From Pecten maximus (taxonomy: Eukaryota), in assembly GCF_902652985.1 (NCBI RefSeq), contig NC_047015.1:45136001-45200000 (forward strand): a stretch of DNA of 64,000 nucleotides, given 5' to 3'. The position numbers and the translations under genes are program-made. Numbering within the stretch: position 1 is the stretch's first letter; each line of letters starts with the position of its first letter. Below the pieces are notes generated by a model. That model had not been told where the DNA came from. It worked only from the letters and a program-made list of their open reading frames with translations, and made no database searches. Below, piece by piece: positions 1 to 13,250 of this stretch.

Positions 1-114
1 CTGGAACCCCCTCCCAAGCAGGTGGAAGCAACCTGACAGAGCTTAAACCCGTTCAGCCCACCCTCACTCAGCCCTACCATGCTCCGCTGCCGTCGTTCAC
101 GGGGCAGTTCACAA
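1..114 (+). CDS. Pax2/5/8: Pax2/5/8-like gene, internal exon (5' end at or beyond the window edge); encodes GTPSQAGGSNLTELKPVQPTLTQPYHAPLPSFTGQFT
   Basis: GC-rich open frame from position 3, ending in the phase-1 donor A|GTAAGC at 114/115. Splices in frame to the exon at 2248. The paired box is not in this window. Confidence 0.75.
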
Positions 115-1809
115 GTAAGCATACCTTCAATTTTTGCATAGAACCAGATATAGCTGAGTTGCTTATCCCTCGGTCATTCCCTCATTAATAACTGCACACC
201 TAGCATCCTCTTCCAGTCTTAATATTGTCACTAAATAATTTTCATACAGTAATCTGGTCGCGAAGGAAATTTCTAACACATCCTCTTATTTACTTAGTCC
301 TCATATCTCGTGTTGATTTTTGTCCATGAACTAGAGTTATTTAATATTTTACAGATATAGCGAAAACATAATTTTTCGAGGAGAAGAGTAACTAGATAAA
401 ATTATTTTGTAATCAGAAGCACCCGGAAAATGAAAAAAAAAAACAACGTATATACTGGTCACGGCTAAAAAAGGGTATTGTCCGAGGGTTGAGCAGCTCT
501 TGTATCACGCTTGGCTTGTCATACATCATTTCATCCTTAAGTATCCTCATCAACAGACTCTCAACAAACTTTCATATATCAGTAACTTCAGTTTAAACGT
601 TTGATGTGATAGTTTCCAGTTTTCGTAGCAATACCCGTAGACTATATTTAGACATTTAATATTTTGTCTAGTGTGCTTTAGTTTATTTTCTAGTTGTAAC
701 ACTCCTCTTGCTCTAGAGTATACTCTTCACGTCGTAAATAAAATATAATATTGTATTCTAATTCAAAACTAATTACTTTTTTGATATTCTACACTTGAAA
801 TAATTTTCATCATTTTCATAGGTGACACAACGTTTTTATATCGTTTTCTTTCGTATATAAGGCTTTTTCAGCAGTGTCGGTACTGATTTTTAGAAATATT
901 TATTCATATATAATCCTCAGTATATAATTTTATATCATTTCTAACCGATCATATATCTATCCAAACGTTAATAATCTTAATATTGTATTATGCTATAAGT
1001 ATCCATATTAGATAATATTCATTATTATACTCTTTTGTTCGGCACCAACACAATAAATCGCACTTGGAACAGAACACTCACTGTGTGCTAATTTGATACA
1101 GTTGACCGCAAATGAGAATTATGAATTCACTACTCGAATTACTTTCCATCAACGAAGGGTAATAAAAGGTTAAAATAGTTAAAATGGTGAAAGAATAAAA
1201 ATGGTATATTGTTACATTCGCAGACCTGTTTATCAGGCCAGCTTATTCTTGTTAGAAGCTATACTGTAGTTTAATAGTAGTCTTTGTTGGAGGAAACCTC
1301 ATATTTCAATCAGACAATGTCGAGACATAGCTTTGACAGCTTATTAGTGATAGTTAAATCCTTTCAGCGTTTTTTAGAATTCCAGACGTTGATTAGATCA
1401 TTATTTCTCAATTTTATATCAGGGAATAATGAAATATTGTGGAGCAAATCTGTACCTCGTTTTGTTGAGTGCTCGTCATATCCTGTTAAATTGGCCCCAC
1501 ATTTTACTACTAGCGCGGCTCAAACTCTGTCAGTGTCGCTCTACCTGGCGTAAATTTGTGCACTAGCTTATCAAACAAGGAATATTCAAATTGAGTTGAT
1601 ACTAGTGTATGGCAGTCGTAGCATTATTCCAAATTTCCATGATACATATCGCTCGTTTTGATCCGATTCCTTATCTACATTGTGCAAAATGGTGTGAAAT
1701 GCTAACGACATGTTTTGATATGGAGTTAAACCGCCAAGAACATTTGATTGAAACGAAATGCTGACACACCGCTCATTTCCTTGCTGCTCTTTGATGGCTG
1801 AATTTACAG

Positions 1810-1913
1810 ACCCGCGCCAATATCCTGTCAATTTAGCTGCTTCCTTTACCAGTGATCACATCGTTATCACTGAGGCACGCTACAACTCTGCTTCTCCGCT
1901 TGCTCTGTGTTAA
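1810..1913 (+). CDS. Candidate alternative terminal or poison exon of the Pax2/5/8-like gene (NPRQYPVNLAASFTSDHIVITEARYNSASPLALC*)
   Basis: Pyrimidine-rich stretch plus TTTACAG| at 1809. In frame with the phase-1 donor at 114 and open until TAA at 1911-1913. Locally raised GC. Candidate donors AAG|GTGC at 1985 and 2025. Confidence 0.3.
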
Positions 1914-2247
1914 CAAATATTACATTCTGCATGCCTCCCTCATCTTACGCCTCCTCACAACTTCACTGGCTTATCTCCATCCTAAGGTGCCTCCGCAACC
2001 TCACTCGCTTATCTTGTGTCCTAAGGTGCGTGTAGCGATCTCTTGCACACGACAGCATTATACCAGCATGGCTTCAAACAAAATTGGTTGACATGATGTT
2101 TATTGAAAGACTCGATAGAAAATAATTACATTCAGGCGTCCAGTGTCTGAAGATAAATTCAGAAACGTATCAATATGATGTCTTCAACAAAATTTATCAT
2201 TTGTTTGATATTTGAAAGATTATAAAGAACTTTTACTTTTTGTCTAG

Positions 2248-2367
2248 GTCAAGCTAACAGTTTTAATTCTACAACGCATGCATCATATCCAAGTCAGCCT
2301 GTGGTGGGGACGGTTGTCCCTCCTATTGTAATATCAGGAGGCAACTACACATCCGGCACTGCGCCTA
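2248..2367 (+). CDS. Pax2/5/8: Pax2/5/8-like gene, internal exon (120 nt, phase 1-1); encodes SQANSFNSTTHASYPSQPVVGTVVPPIVISGGNYTSGTAP
   Basis: Polypyrimidine tract plus TCTAG| acceptor at 2247, donor A|GTAAGT at 2367/2368, open frame. STT...YP...VPP...G.Y resembles the vertebrate Pax2/5/8 exon beginning GR(E/D)(M/L)ASTTLPGYPPHVPP. Confidence 0.8.
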
Positions 2368-4490
2368 GTAAGTTATATATGTAAAGATGTGTCAACATTC
2401 TAAAATCAAAAATGGTGCTGGTTGGTTAATGGAATGGAGTGTATATTAATGAAGTTTATACTAAACCTAAATGTGTCGATTTACAAAAGTATGTCATTTT
2501 CCGTGGGAATTTCGAGAGCAGTGCGATTCGTGCTAATTTTTTCATAGTGACAAATTTTCTTGGTAAGCCTGTGTCTTAACACTAGACACCTATTGCTGTC
2601 GAAGTTTATTATTAGGATGTCAAGGGCACGCATATTTCATTAGGTTTGTCACCATGCCTATCATGTCCCTCTCATTTTCCTCTCTCAACCGACTTTCTTT
2701 TTCATTTCTACAATATAAACAACTTTGCCAAATCTCGCAGTCTTTTAAACTTAATACAAATTTTAGAGTATTTCTATCCTTCGATGAAGGAAAAGATTTC
2801 TTACTGCTTTCGTTTATACAATATTAATTCGATTAACTCGTTTGGCCTTGTTTTAAAGTTTAGCTTTTCTTTTTTATCCATTACGTTGACAAAATCCTTC
2901 CTATTGGCTTCATTGTTTACTTGGTGTTCTATAAAATTGTTCTAACAACTGTTCTTGGAGCAATTTCCGAAGGATACAATTAAGTGTCTATAGTGGCATC
3001 CCATTATATTTCGGATCATTAAGAAAGAACGATGCTTGCTATTCGAGGAAAATTTAATTTCTCTTTATGTACGCGGACAAAATTATATTTTCCAATTCAG
3101 TGGTTCCAAGACATGTTCACTGGGCCTATAATTTGGTTGTATTGTCAACTCAGTCCTTTCAAACGGAATAAGAAATTCTTTCATCAATCATACCGATGTT
3201 GTGGAACTATACGCACGGTCTGTTCATCCCGGAACAGATTAAACAATTAAAGTCGTTGATGATGTTCTTGCTATGGAACAAACACAAGACAAAAAGGCCA
3301 TCGTATTATGGCTGTCTTATTATAGTGATGCGTTTCGTTTCACTGCGCCTGTCATCAATATTTCGTAATTTTACAGAACCACTTACCGTCAGAGCGAGGT
3401 CGACCTGGAGTGCGGGTCTCAATAGCCCCTTACAATGTTTATTTGTATCGCTATTCGGATAAATTAAATGAAATTTATGAGTAAATAATTGACATTTATC
3501 GATACATTACGGGACAAGTTTTTTGCTTGAAGAAACATTTCTTGGAAATAAATTGCCCTTCGAAGTTATTTTGATTATAGACACATCTGTTTCGTTTGTC
3601 TTTAGGTTTTCGTTATGTACAGGAAAATGACCGGGCATTTCATTTTCTTACATAATATACTTTATGAATAGTCATTTTACCACTAATATATAAATAAAAA
3701 CAATACATTACGTTATTTATATTGAATTATTTTATTTAACATTTAATTACTAAAAGGTAACAAATAAATGACAAATTATTTCTCACAGTGATTAATAAAC
3801 AGTAATACAGTTATTTATCAACAATGCCTACTGTATCAATTGGCTAGTATACAGAGTAAAGGTATTACCAATATTGTATACACAGGCCATGCACTGTCAT
3901 AAGGAGTAATTGGTGCCCGCCAATAGCGATCTTCTTGACACGCAAACTTGTTAACATTTAGCTTGTTTTTACTACAATTCATCAGCTAAATTACCCGGGT
4001 ATTAATATTGGAATAAAACGACAACAGTGATTGGAACATGAAAGTGATGTTCACAGTCGATTTTCCATAACAATACACTTAATAGAAGTAAGACTCCCAT
4101 ATCCCGCTAATGGCCTCCAGAGTGCATTTGTCACTGGTATTGTAATGATGGAGATGGGTTAATAGCATTACTAAACAATGGTGGTACAAGTAACAAACGA
4201 TCAACTTAGAGCGGGCCTCGCCTGTCTCCCAGGACAAGCGATGTGCACAGCTGATACAGGTTCCCGCTTGCATGGAACAGTTTCAAAGCAATGTTTTTGC
4301 GTGTGCTTTTGACACGGGAGATTTCTGAAAGGAATCAATCGAATACGAAATCATTCCGGTAGATTTTTGATATTAATTTAAACTGGTGTTTTCCAATATA
4401 ATTTTCAATGACATTTTCTCATGCATTAAACTCCAATATGAATAATGGTGACATTCAGACTAGTAAAAATTAACAACTTCCATAAAGTTT

Positions 4491-4746
4491 TAAAACTAGC
4501 CCTCACAGAGTGTCATTAAAACTAGCCCTCACAGAATGTCAATGAAACTAGCCCTCACAGAGTGTCATTATAACTAGCCCTCACAGTGTGTCAATGAAAC
4601 TAGCCCTCACAGAGTGTCATTAAAACTAGTCATCACAAAGTGTCATTAAAACTAGCCCTCGCAGTGTCATTAAAACTAGCCCTCACAGAGTTTCAATGAA
4701 ACTAGCCCTCACAGAATGCCAATAAAACAAGCACTCACAGAGTGTC
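4491..4746. repeat. 26-bp minisatellite (TAAAACTAGCCCTCACAGAGTGTCAT), ~10 copies, intronic
   Basis: ACTAGC recurs at 4495, 4521, 4547 and onward. Detached decayed units lie near 4845 and 4925. Confidence 0.95.
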
Positions 4747-7182
4747 AAACGCTGTTTAAGATCTACTTCATCAACCGTATGCCTTTTAAACAGACAGTGT
4801 TGTCACAAAGACCAATAGCATTCAACACATTTCATCAAGTTTTAAAACTAGTCCTCACAGAGTTTATAAAGTGACGTTGTTGTCACAAGGACCAATAATA
4901 TTCAACATATTTCATAATGTTTCAAAACTAGTCCTCACAAATGTGCCAAGCTTATCCGAGATCAATTCCTTTAAAGCCTGATTATTATTTACTTCCGCTC
5001 AAAATTATGTCTTTTTAATCTGATAATATACGTAAAAATAGCGAGATTATATAATTAATTAATTTACCAACATATCGGCGATGTTTCTTTGACAATGAAC
5101 ATTATTAATCGCATGCGGTACTAATCTGTTGTTTCGTTAATGGAGATATAGTCCTGATATTCCTGTTTATAAGTCGTGTATTTTATGGAGATAAGAGTAA
5201 TGACACGTTCGCTGTATAAAACACAAAGATATGGTAAAATAAGAGAATAAAATGCCGGGAAGTGAAAGTCTGACGATAACACGGCGGAGGGATAATGAGA
5301 TCGGTTAGAATCTAACCACAGGTAGATAAGAAATTGGGGGTATCATGAAAACATAGCTTCGACTGTATAGAGTAGGCCGGCATTATCTCCAACGAGTATG
5401 ATCGAGGTTGTGTCGGGGACGGACTGGGCAAATTAACAGATTCATAATGTTTTATTTGTCTGATAAAATCGTTATTCTGCTATAGAAATGACAGCAATAT
5501 GAACCCGAAGATGAAACATGTCTGGTGATAATTGTGCCGAAGAAACAATCAATATTGTTCCGCAAACAAAACATTACAGTTGCAATATGTTGTCGGGCGA
5601 ACAATCCCCATATATCTGTTAAAAGTCCCCCTCCCGGGAATCAGATAACACGGAATACAGCATCCAACGCCGTGCCCACTGTGTTGATATCGAAATCAGA
5701 TCTCTTATTCCCATATTCAATTTAATCTATCTTGTCTGAAAGGTCCCCTGAATAATTGGCCTCGGAGGACTTTTAATAGAGTAACGGATCGGAGTATCGG
5801 TAATCTGTGATCAGTAATTGTTAGAGTTTAATTGCTTCATTTGTAAGCCAATGCAGAGATTCCACTCGCTTTCACCCACCATCGCTAACAATATATGCAG
5901 TTTCTTTAATCCAACCATTATAATTCTCATTCGGTATAAAAATATATGCACTTCGATAAAATTGGACATTTCAACTTCGCCGGCATTTAAATCCTGCTCC
6001 CGTGACACAGTTATATAATATAATAGGACAAAAACGTTTGTATTGAATGCAATGTGTGGCGTACTATCAGATTAGTAATGATTTTGGTGATCAGAACAGA
6101 ACCAAACCGTTACATTCTTAGTCAGGAACGATCAGCATGCCCGATATTCAGCTTATCATGTTAAGATCATTGAATGTTTGCCTGCTTCTGTTTAGAATGA
6201 TTAATTTACAAGCTGCAAATTTTCAGCTGTAGAGTTTATTAAACTAGAGTAGTTACTACTTGTTATGTAGAAAATTTAGTTTGCAGAATTTATTTGAAAA
6301 AAATAATATTTTTATTGTAGCATTCCTGCAGTACCAAAGTGAACGGAAAATGAAAATATAGACATACCCGTAAATTATTTTCTCACTCTTGCCTGTAATA
6401 AATCTTGCGGAATTGTATATCTTGAGATTCACCGTCATTAATGACCTGTACTTCTTAGTCGATTTGGTACTTTGTTTGCGAAGTAATATGATAATTTTCA
6501 AGCTGTTTACCTCTCAATTGGTACATAACAACTAAATCGGAGAAAAACACATAAACACCCATTGAATTGCTACAAAGCCTTGCTATCGTGTCCATCAGTC
6601 TGGCTGTATGCCATCTTGGTATTACAGGGCGGTATCAATACATTGGAGACCGGTTATTTGAGACGGTTTGAGGTTCATTTATAACAAAATGTTAACATAA
6701 GAAAACAGTCATTTGTAGTCGTTACAGGGAACAGTTGTTCTGTCTTTAGAATTCGTAAATGTTGCGTGCTAGTTTGTTAAAATCACATACACACATGAGG
6801 ATTTTTGTCACGTATCGCGATAATAAACTCACGTTTTATAAACAGAGTTGGTAATTATTACTAAAAAAGGATAACATACAAATCATTATTTTCCACCACG
6901 TGTGCCGTTTCTATCGGTTGTATTTTCTTTGTCTGTAACAAATGACTTACTTTTGTAATCACACATACTTACATTCCATTCTTACTTTCTGGCAATGCTG
7001 ATATTTTTTTTTATTTATTCATTAACTTTTTATTTTGAAATTTTAACTGAATTCATGAATGATTTTAAAGATAGTATTGTTTCTTTTTTTTAATTTTTGA
7101 CACAAATTCTTATGGTGATTTAATTAAATCCTGCTGATTTTAATGTATTGATTAACATGCTTTCGTACGTCATTGTTAGCAG

Positions 7183-7293
7183 GTGGAGACTACTATAACA
7201 CGGCCGTGCCCTACACTCAGTATAACGCTGTAGGTACACACTACACTACGGACCCAGCCTGGACAATGAGATACGGGCCCGGAGGAATACTCA
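7183..7293 (+). CDS. Pax2/5/8: Pax2/5/8-like gene, penultimate coding exon (111 nt, or 114 nt from 7180); encodes SGDYYNTAVPYTQYNAVGTHYTTDPAWTMRYGPGGIL
   Basis: Acceptor TTAGCAG|, donor A|GTAAGA at 7293/7294, phase 1-1. PY.QY...AW..Y....IL matches the Pax2/5/8 motif PYSHPQY..YNEAWRF.NP.LL. Confidence 0.85.
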
Positions 7294-7732
7294 GTAAGAT
7301 TTTTCTCCTTTTCTTCTTTTGTGTTCTCTAGCCACCACTTTTATTGGGCAAAATGTTGGAGAAATTAAGTGCCCACATATATTTACATATAATTACTAAA
7401 CTTATGATTATAATTTTTTTAAATGTCAAAAAACGACAAATTAAAATTCGTTAATTAATATAACTACTTTATGTAAAATAGATGTTACAACTTCATATTA
7501 TACTATAAATGCATATATTCTAATGTATATTATACATCAAAATGATTTATCATGAAAAGAATGAACATTTTATATTTTATAAAAAAAAACACAGTCCAGA
7601 TAAGAATATTTTTCATGGATAACATAAATTAATTTCAACATTTCGACTTGCTTGATAAATTTAATATACTGTTTTGACATTGGCATGCATTTTCGTATTT
7701 AATTTCATTGAATTTATTTGTTCTATTTTTAG

Positions 7733-7839
7733 ATACTCCCGCATACTATTACCCCCCTGGTGTGGCCGGAGGTCGGACGGAGTCCAACACAACAGTGGCA
7801 ACGGCGGCAGCAGCAGCAGCCAGCCCCTCCAAGACGTAG
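7733..7839 (+). CDS. Pax2/5/8: Pax2/5/8-like gene, last coding exon; encodes NTPAYYYPPGVAGGRTESNTTVATAAAAASPSKT*
   Basis: Acceptor TTCTATTTTTAG| at 7732, stop TAG at 7837-7839. TPAYYY plus an Ala run mirrors the vertebrate last exon SPYYY...AAA, with the intron at the equivalent position (from my recollection of PAX2/PAX5 gene structure). Confidence 0.82.
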
Positions 7840-8630
7840 GCCACAAGTGACAGCGGCAGAGATTTGTTTTAATGATGAGATGTGATATATCCAATAAACT
7901 TTCCATGTGAACGTTTCCCTGAAAGGCGGTGAACATTGGTGAATGTTGGTGAGGAGTGAAAGAAACTTGGAATGCATCATGTGATCTCTTCCCATGTGTA
8001 ACGGATATTTATGGATACACATGTATTATGGACGCGTGTCAAACCACGTGCTAAGTGGACAGACGCATGGATAACACTTTGGAAACATGCATACCTCAGC
8101 CCCGTTTATTTTAGTTTTTATGCAAAATGAAACAAGACTTACTCTCTGGTATCTATCATGCACATAACTCAGATGTGTATATAGTACAATTCCACCATTG
8201 GTTAATACCAGCCAGCCATCTACCACTGTTTGCATAGTATTTACTCGTACATGACGATGTTTTTTTTTTCATGTGAGCGCTTGATGGTGATTTTAAGAGT
8301 GATATACGAGAGTTTCGTTCATATGTGTCGTGCTGTTGTGATGAGAATATTTGCCGGATAGAATGTATTTAATTCGAATAAAAATAGTATATAATAGATA
8401 TATATATATTTCTGTATGATAGCGACTACATGTCCAGTGAAACCCACATAATTAGAAAACATTAATATGTTCAGCATAATTATATTGTTTTTTTTTTTCA
8501 AAATAGACAAAGATTTATAATACGAGGTGAGCCTGCTTTAAAGAACTTTTATGATGTGAATTTTGATTTTGAATGAATAGATTTTCATGACAAAATATAT
8601 GAAATAAACAATAAGGTCGTGTCATTATTA
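7840..8630 (+). promoter_or_regulatory. Putative 3' UTR of the Pax2/5/8-like gene, with candidate polyadenylation signals
   Basis: Follows the stop codon. AATAAA at 7893, 8377 and 8603, with further ones out to ~9913. The true end cannot be determined from sequence. Confidence 0.45.
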
Positions 8631-10562
8631 CACGGGGATTTTTAAATGAACTTTTCGCGTACATAAGGCGATAAATTCTAAAAGTTCTTTTGCTTTGTGT
8701 TTTAAGAAAATCCTTATCTTGTTTTATAAATAATTATATCATGAATTAAGAGGATGGGAAAGACATCTCGGAGCATAATATCGACGAAGCTGATTAATCG
8801 CTTTGTTAACAAGCTATTTCTGTCGACGTAAATTAAATGAGGTAGCATGCCGTAAAAGGATTTGTATCCACCCTCGCTGTGCCATATATGACTCATTTTT
8901 ATCCAGTTTCCACGGTTCTTTTGAAGCAATCAATTCATGTATTATCATTTTAATTCCAATGTGAGATCACGATGATTTTTTCCCTGAGTTGATTTAGACA
9001 TGAAGATAGATATGAACAAAATGACATTTTAAAAAGTCGCTATGCCAATGAGCCTCCAATAAGACAACTATACGATACGGGTTTGTATGTAAATGCCTAT
9101 AGTCCACTTATTTTAGCTTTATCTTTCTCAATTCTTTAATATTCATCGATTACTTTAAGTGGCTATTGAGTAACACTAGTGATGACAGTAATGTTTCGTT
9201 CGTAGATAATAATTTCTAATTTCAATGTTTACTTTTTGTTAATGTTCCGACAGATTGTAGGGTTTTCTTGCCATTGTTATGAGAATTTGCTCAAATATTT
9301 CATTATTTCATTTCTTGGGGAAAAAACAAAGATTTGATTATCATCTGCAAATGTATCTTTCCCTCATTATATAGGGATTCTATCTTCCATTGCAATTTTC
9401 AGTACAGATATTACTGACAATAGTTTCCATTTTGTCTACTCAATAAATTGAAAATCCATGTCACGTGATATATGGTAGTCATGTGACTGTTTTGTCTTGC
9501 CAGATGACGTCATGGCGGTACATATATATGCTCATTGTTGTGTTCTTATAGGAGACCTGGTCTCCATGTTATATGTTTTTATGACATTGTGACTAACCTA
9601 GTTTTTAGAAATCCCTTATGTAGCACTAATAGACAATATGATATATGGTTAAGTGCTAGCTTTCTATATAAATGTGTATTTTATTGTAAATATATAATTC
9701 AGGGTATATGCTTACTGCATTGTTCTGAGCGAAACCCTCGTCGATATTTTTAATGGATGCAATAGAATATGAGGGATGAATCTCTGTGACATTTAACGTG
9801 ATTTTGCATCAATGAATGTTCATTTATCAATCGTTCACACGGTACATTTTATCACATACATAATTATATTCATTCATAGAAACACAATTTTTGACATCCT
9901 TCAGTGTTTGCCAATAAACTTTTGTTACCTTTACTATGGTCGAGTTTCAGCTGGGAGTTGTTTGTCGCATGTTTAATTTGTATGTTTATCAACTTAAATC
10001 ATTTAATGCTGACTATCCCGTGATTTGTGGTATTTTGTCACAGATAATAAATTTGAAATCATCTTCTCGTTGGTTACATGCTCAAATCATGATATGCTTT
10101 CATCTACAACTTTGTCATACCGGAATTACTTATTTTGACAAAATCTCCCGTTTATATATAAAAAAAAAGTTAAGCATAACGCTAAAATCGTTCCACTTTG
10201 CGTTTTCTTTTCTAATGTAAAATTCCTATGCTATTTGCTTTACAAACTATTTCGACATCTGAAAACATTGCAGATAAGAATATATATGACACCGCTCAGG
10301 TAAACTTTTACTTGTGAAGCAGACAGTTTGTATCTGGCAATATTATCATAATTTGAACATAATCCCAAAGTCGTTTCATTATAACTATGCAGGTGTCAGA
10401 GACATAATTGAAAAAAAAACATTATTCTAACAGGAGAGCAAAAGAACCCGAAACACAACTCCAATCCATGAAACAATTGCAATGTATAAACGTAGTTAAG
10501 ATATATATCCTGGATTGTAAGCATACTAATGTCATTTAATGACTATTTAACCAACAATGGGA

Positions 10563-10712
10563 CCACTTGAGTCGTTTTCATAGTGTTAATATACTGAAAT
10601 GCCACACACGAGTGGTTGTTTGATGCCTCGATCACTCACGCACACTTTGCTGACAACGGACTAACCTTACCACAAACTGTAAAGCTGAACGTTGAGCAAA
10701 GAGCGGCAATAA
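10563..10712 (-). mobile_element. Decayed SINE fragment, Meta-type central domain
   Basis: The reverse complement reads TGCCGCTCTTTGCTCAACGTTCAGC...GTCCGTTGTCAG...TGGCATTTCAGT...AACACTATGAAA, colinear with motifs of the element at 56.4-56.55 kb. Family assignment is from recalled consensus motifs. Confidence 0.45.
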
Positions 10713-11179
10713 TACTTGTCGTGTATGTGAATGTCGAATCCAAAGTATCGTATAAACAGCAGCAAGAAATTAAAACATCTTAAAATGGAAGTCGGGTCTT
10801 AACCACAGGTGCTGCATCAGGTATCTCAGTATCTTAAAACAAAGCCGTAAAGCGTACTTTATGTCAAAGATATCAAAATGTGCATTTCTTCATAAAGCCC
10901 AAATTGCAGGAAACATGTGAACAAAAACAGAACAATTCTATTCTTATGTCATTATGACACTATTGTCTTTAAAAAAAAAATGGTAAACAATCTGTCATGT
11001 TCTCCTACAGTGTTTTAAATAACACTTCATTGAAGTCATTTTATCTTTCAAGTTATAATTGGTGATTCTTTATCACAAAGAAATAAAATCCCGAGAGCTT
11101 GTTTGATTATAAATTTTACCTGGTAACTTCTAAAATATGAGTTCAGATAATAGTTATGTATTACAGCAGTGCAGTATAT

Positions 11180-11241
11180 AAACCAATCAACAATCGAGGT
11201 GATATAGAGAAAACCAATCAACAATCGAGGTGATATAGAGA
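11180..11241. repeat. Perfect 31-bp tandem duplication
   Basis: AAACCAATCAACAATCGAGGTGATATAGAGA occurs twice (11180-11210 and 11211-11241). Confidence 0.95.
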
Positions 11242-11559
11242 GTTCATTTTATTTTAAATTAGTAACATGCTTGTGACTATCCTAATCGCGTGATGACATC
11301 CATCTATATTACCATTGTATGGCACTGCCACTATATAACCCTACCAATTCAGTTGCGAGTTCACCAGCTTATGAACTGCCAACTGAAAATTTCAACAAAA
11401 AAAATCGCACGACAGATAAAAAATCGCAGATGGTAAATATAAGCATTGAACGGCTTTCAGTTGGCATTCATAGTCATTATGAATGCCAACTGAAAGCCGT
11501 TCAATGCTTAAGTGGCAGTAAATATCTCGTCAACAATGTACGATTACCAAATATAGACA

Positions 11560-12370
11560 TACACACCAATAATGGACGACACCCGACGAGAGATATGCAC
11601 AACAACAACAACGAATGAAACCCGGCAAGATATACTGTCATCAACACGGGGATATCTAGCGAGAGATGTGTGCATCATTGGAATACATCCGGCGGAAGAG
11701 TTGGGCAACATTTAGAGAGATATCGGCCAGAGATGTACTCTAACACGGCCAGATATCAAGCGAAAGGGACGTACATCGACAATGAGAGATATCCAGCGAG
11801 AGAGATGTGCACCAATAATAGGATGTATCTAGCAAGCGAGATATGCATTAACAAGGAGACATTTCCGGGGAAGAGTTGGACAACAATAATTAGAGATATG
11901 CACTCCAACAAGGGCAGATATTCAGCTAGATTGATGTACACCAACGATAGGAGAGATATTAGTCAACAGCGGGAGATATCCTGAGATATTTAGCAATAAC
12001 ATATATCTGGCAAATTAGATGTACACCAACAATAAGAGTTATCCGGCGACATGGATGTTCATAAACAATGAGAGATATCCGGCGACAGAGATATAAATCA
12101 ACAATAAGAGATATCGGGCAACAGAAATGTACATTTACAACAAAATATACCAAGCTATGTAAACAAACCATAAGAGATATTGTACACCAACAATGAGAAA
12201 AATCCGAAAAGAAACATGTACATTAAAATAAAAGATATCCAGCGACAGAGATGTACAACAACAATGAGATATTCAGCAAGTAATGTACACCAATAATGGG
12301 TGGAACGACGGCGGACAACCGGGGAGAGCAATGTACACCATGTTTTGGAGATATCTGGCGAAAGATCTGA
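11560..12370. repeat. Highly degenerate ~36-bp minisatellite (approx. GAGATATCCGGCGACAGAGATGTACACCAACAATGA)
   Basis: GAGATATC-like cores at 11786/11822 and 12036/12072/12108. This explains the 12-aa periodicity of ORF 11670-11984. Confidence 0.8.
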
Positions 12371-13250
12371 ACAGTTTGAGAATATTAGTTTTAATTATTA
12401 ACTCAAGCTTTCCCTTGTGACGAAAAATTAGATTAATATCTTATCAAATAGACAAACAGTCGATCACAGTTTGTGAGCCTTGATGTTAGCGAATTTTTTC
12501 ACATCGTCATCTCAAACTGTTGAGTCATATCCGTATTAATTAATTAATTTCAAAATAGAAGCGTTTAATTAAATTTGATATAAATTCAATTATACAAATG
12601 ATATTCAAATTCGATAACATCATTGCTATCGATTTTTTTAAATTTCATTTACAAACCATTACAGTCTTTATACTGACATAGTTAAGATGGGGTGAGTGTC
12701 TTTTTGATTTGCTGATATTGGAAATGGTGTGAAGCCTCTCTGATTCGATGACCTTGGGACTTATGTCACTCCGGCTCGCCGACAGTCTGGATGGTAGTAT
12801 ACTTGTAGTATGTGCTTTCACGAAGATTTATAACCCATGTTTACACACCTAATCAACATATCGCAAAGACAAATTAATATGGAACAGGCATAAAGTTACG
12901 AAACAGAAATCTACATTTAAAACAATAATCAATTTCTATTGTAGCTATATACAAGTTAATGTATGTTACAATTAAAAATACATCTGCTGAGTAATATAAC
13001 TTCTACATGCAATAGTGATTATAAAGCGAGGGTTATTATAAGCTTAAATATGTATGCCTAACTGGTACAGATTGTACTAGTTAAGGTATAAAACAATAGT
13101 TATTTCTCAAACAACGCAGTGAATTATATGCCGAAGGATTCAGAGCAGGTAAAACGTTTACTTTGATTGTCTGAAAAAATAAATCGGCAGAAATCAAGAA
13201 AGTAGGCCTACTGGACAGCTCTCAATCGCATGATCCCAAATGACATGTTC

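Noticed and set aside
7729-8022. Minus-strand Cys-rich ORF (GCCCCRRCHCC)
   Set aside because: It is the antisense reading of the Ala-run codons in the last Pax2/5/8 exon.
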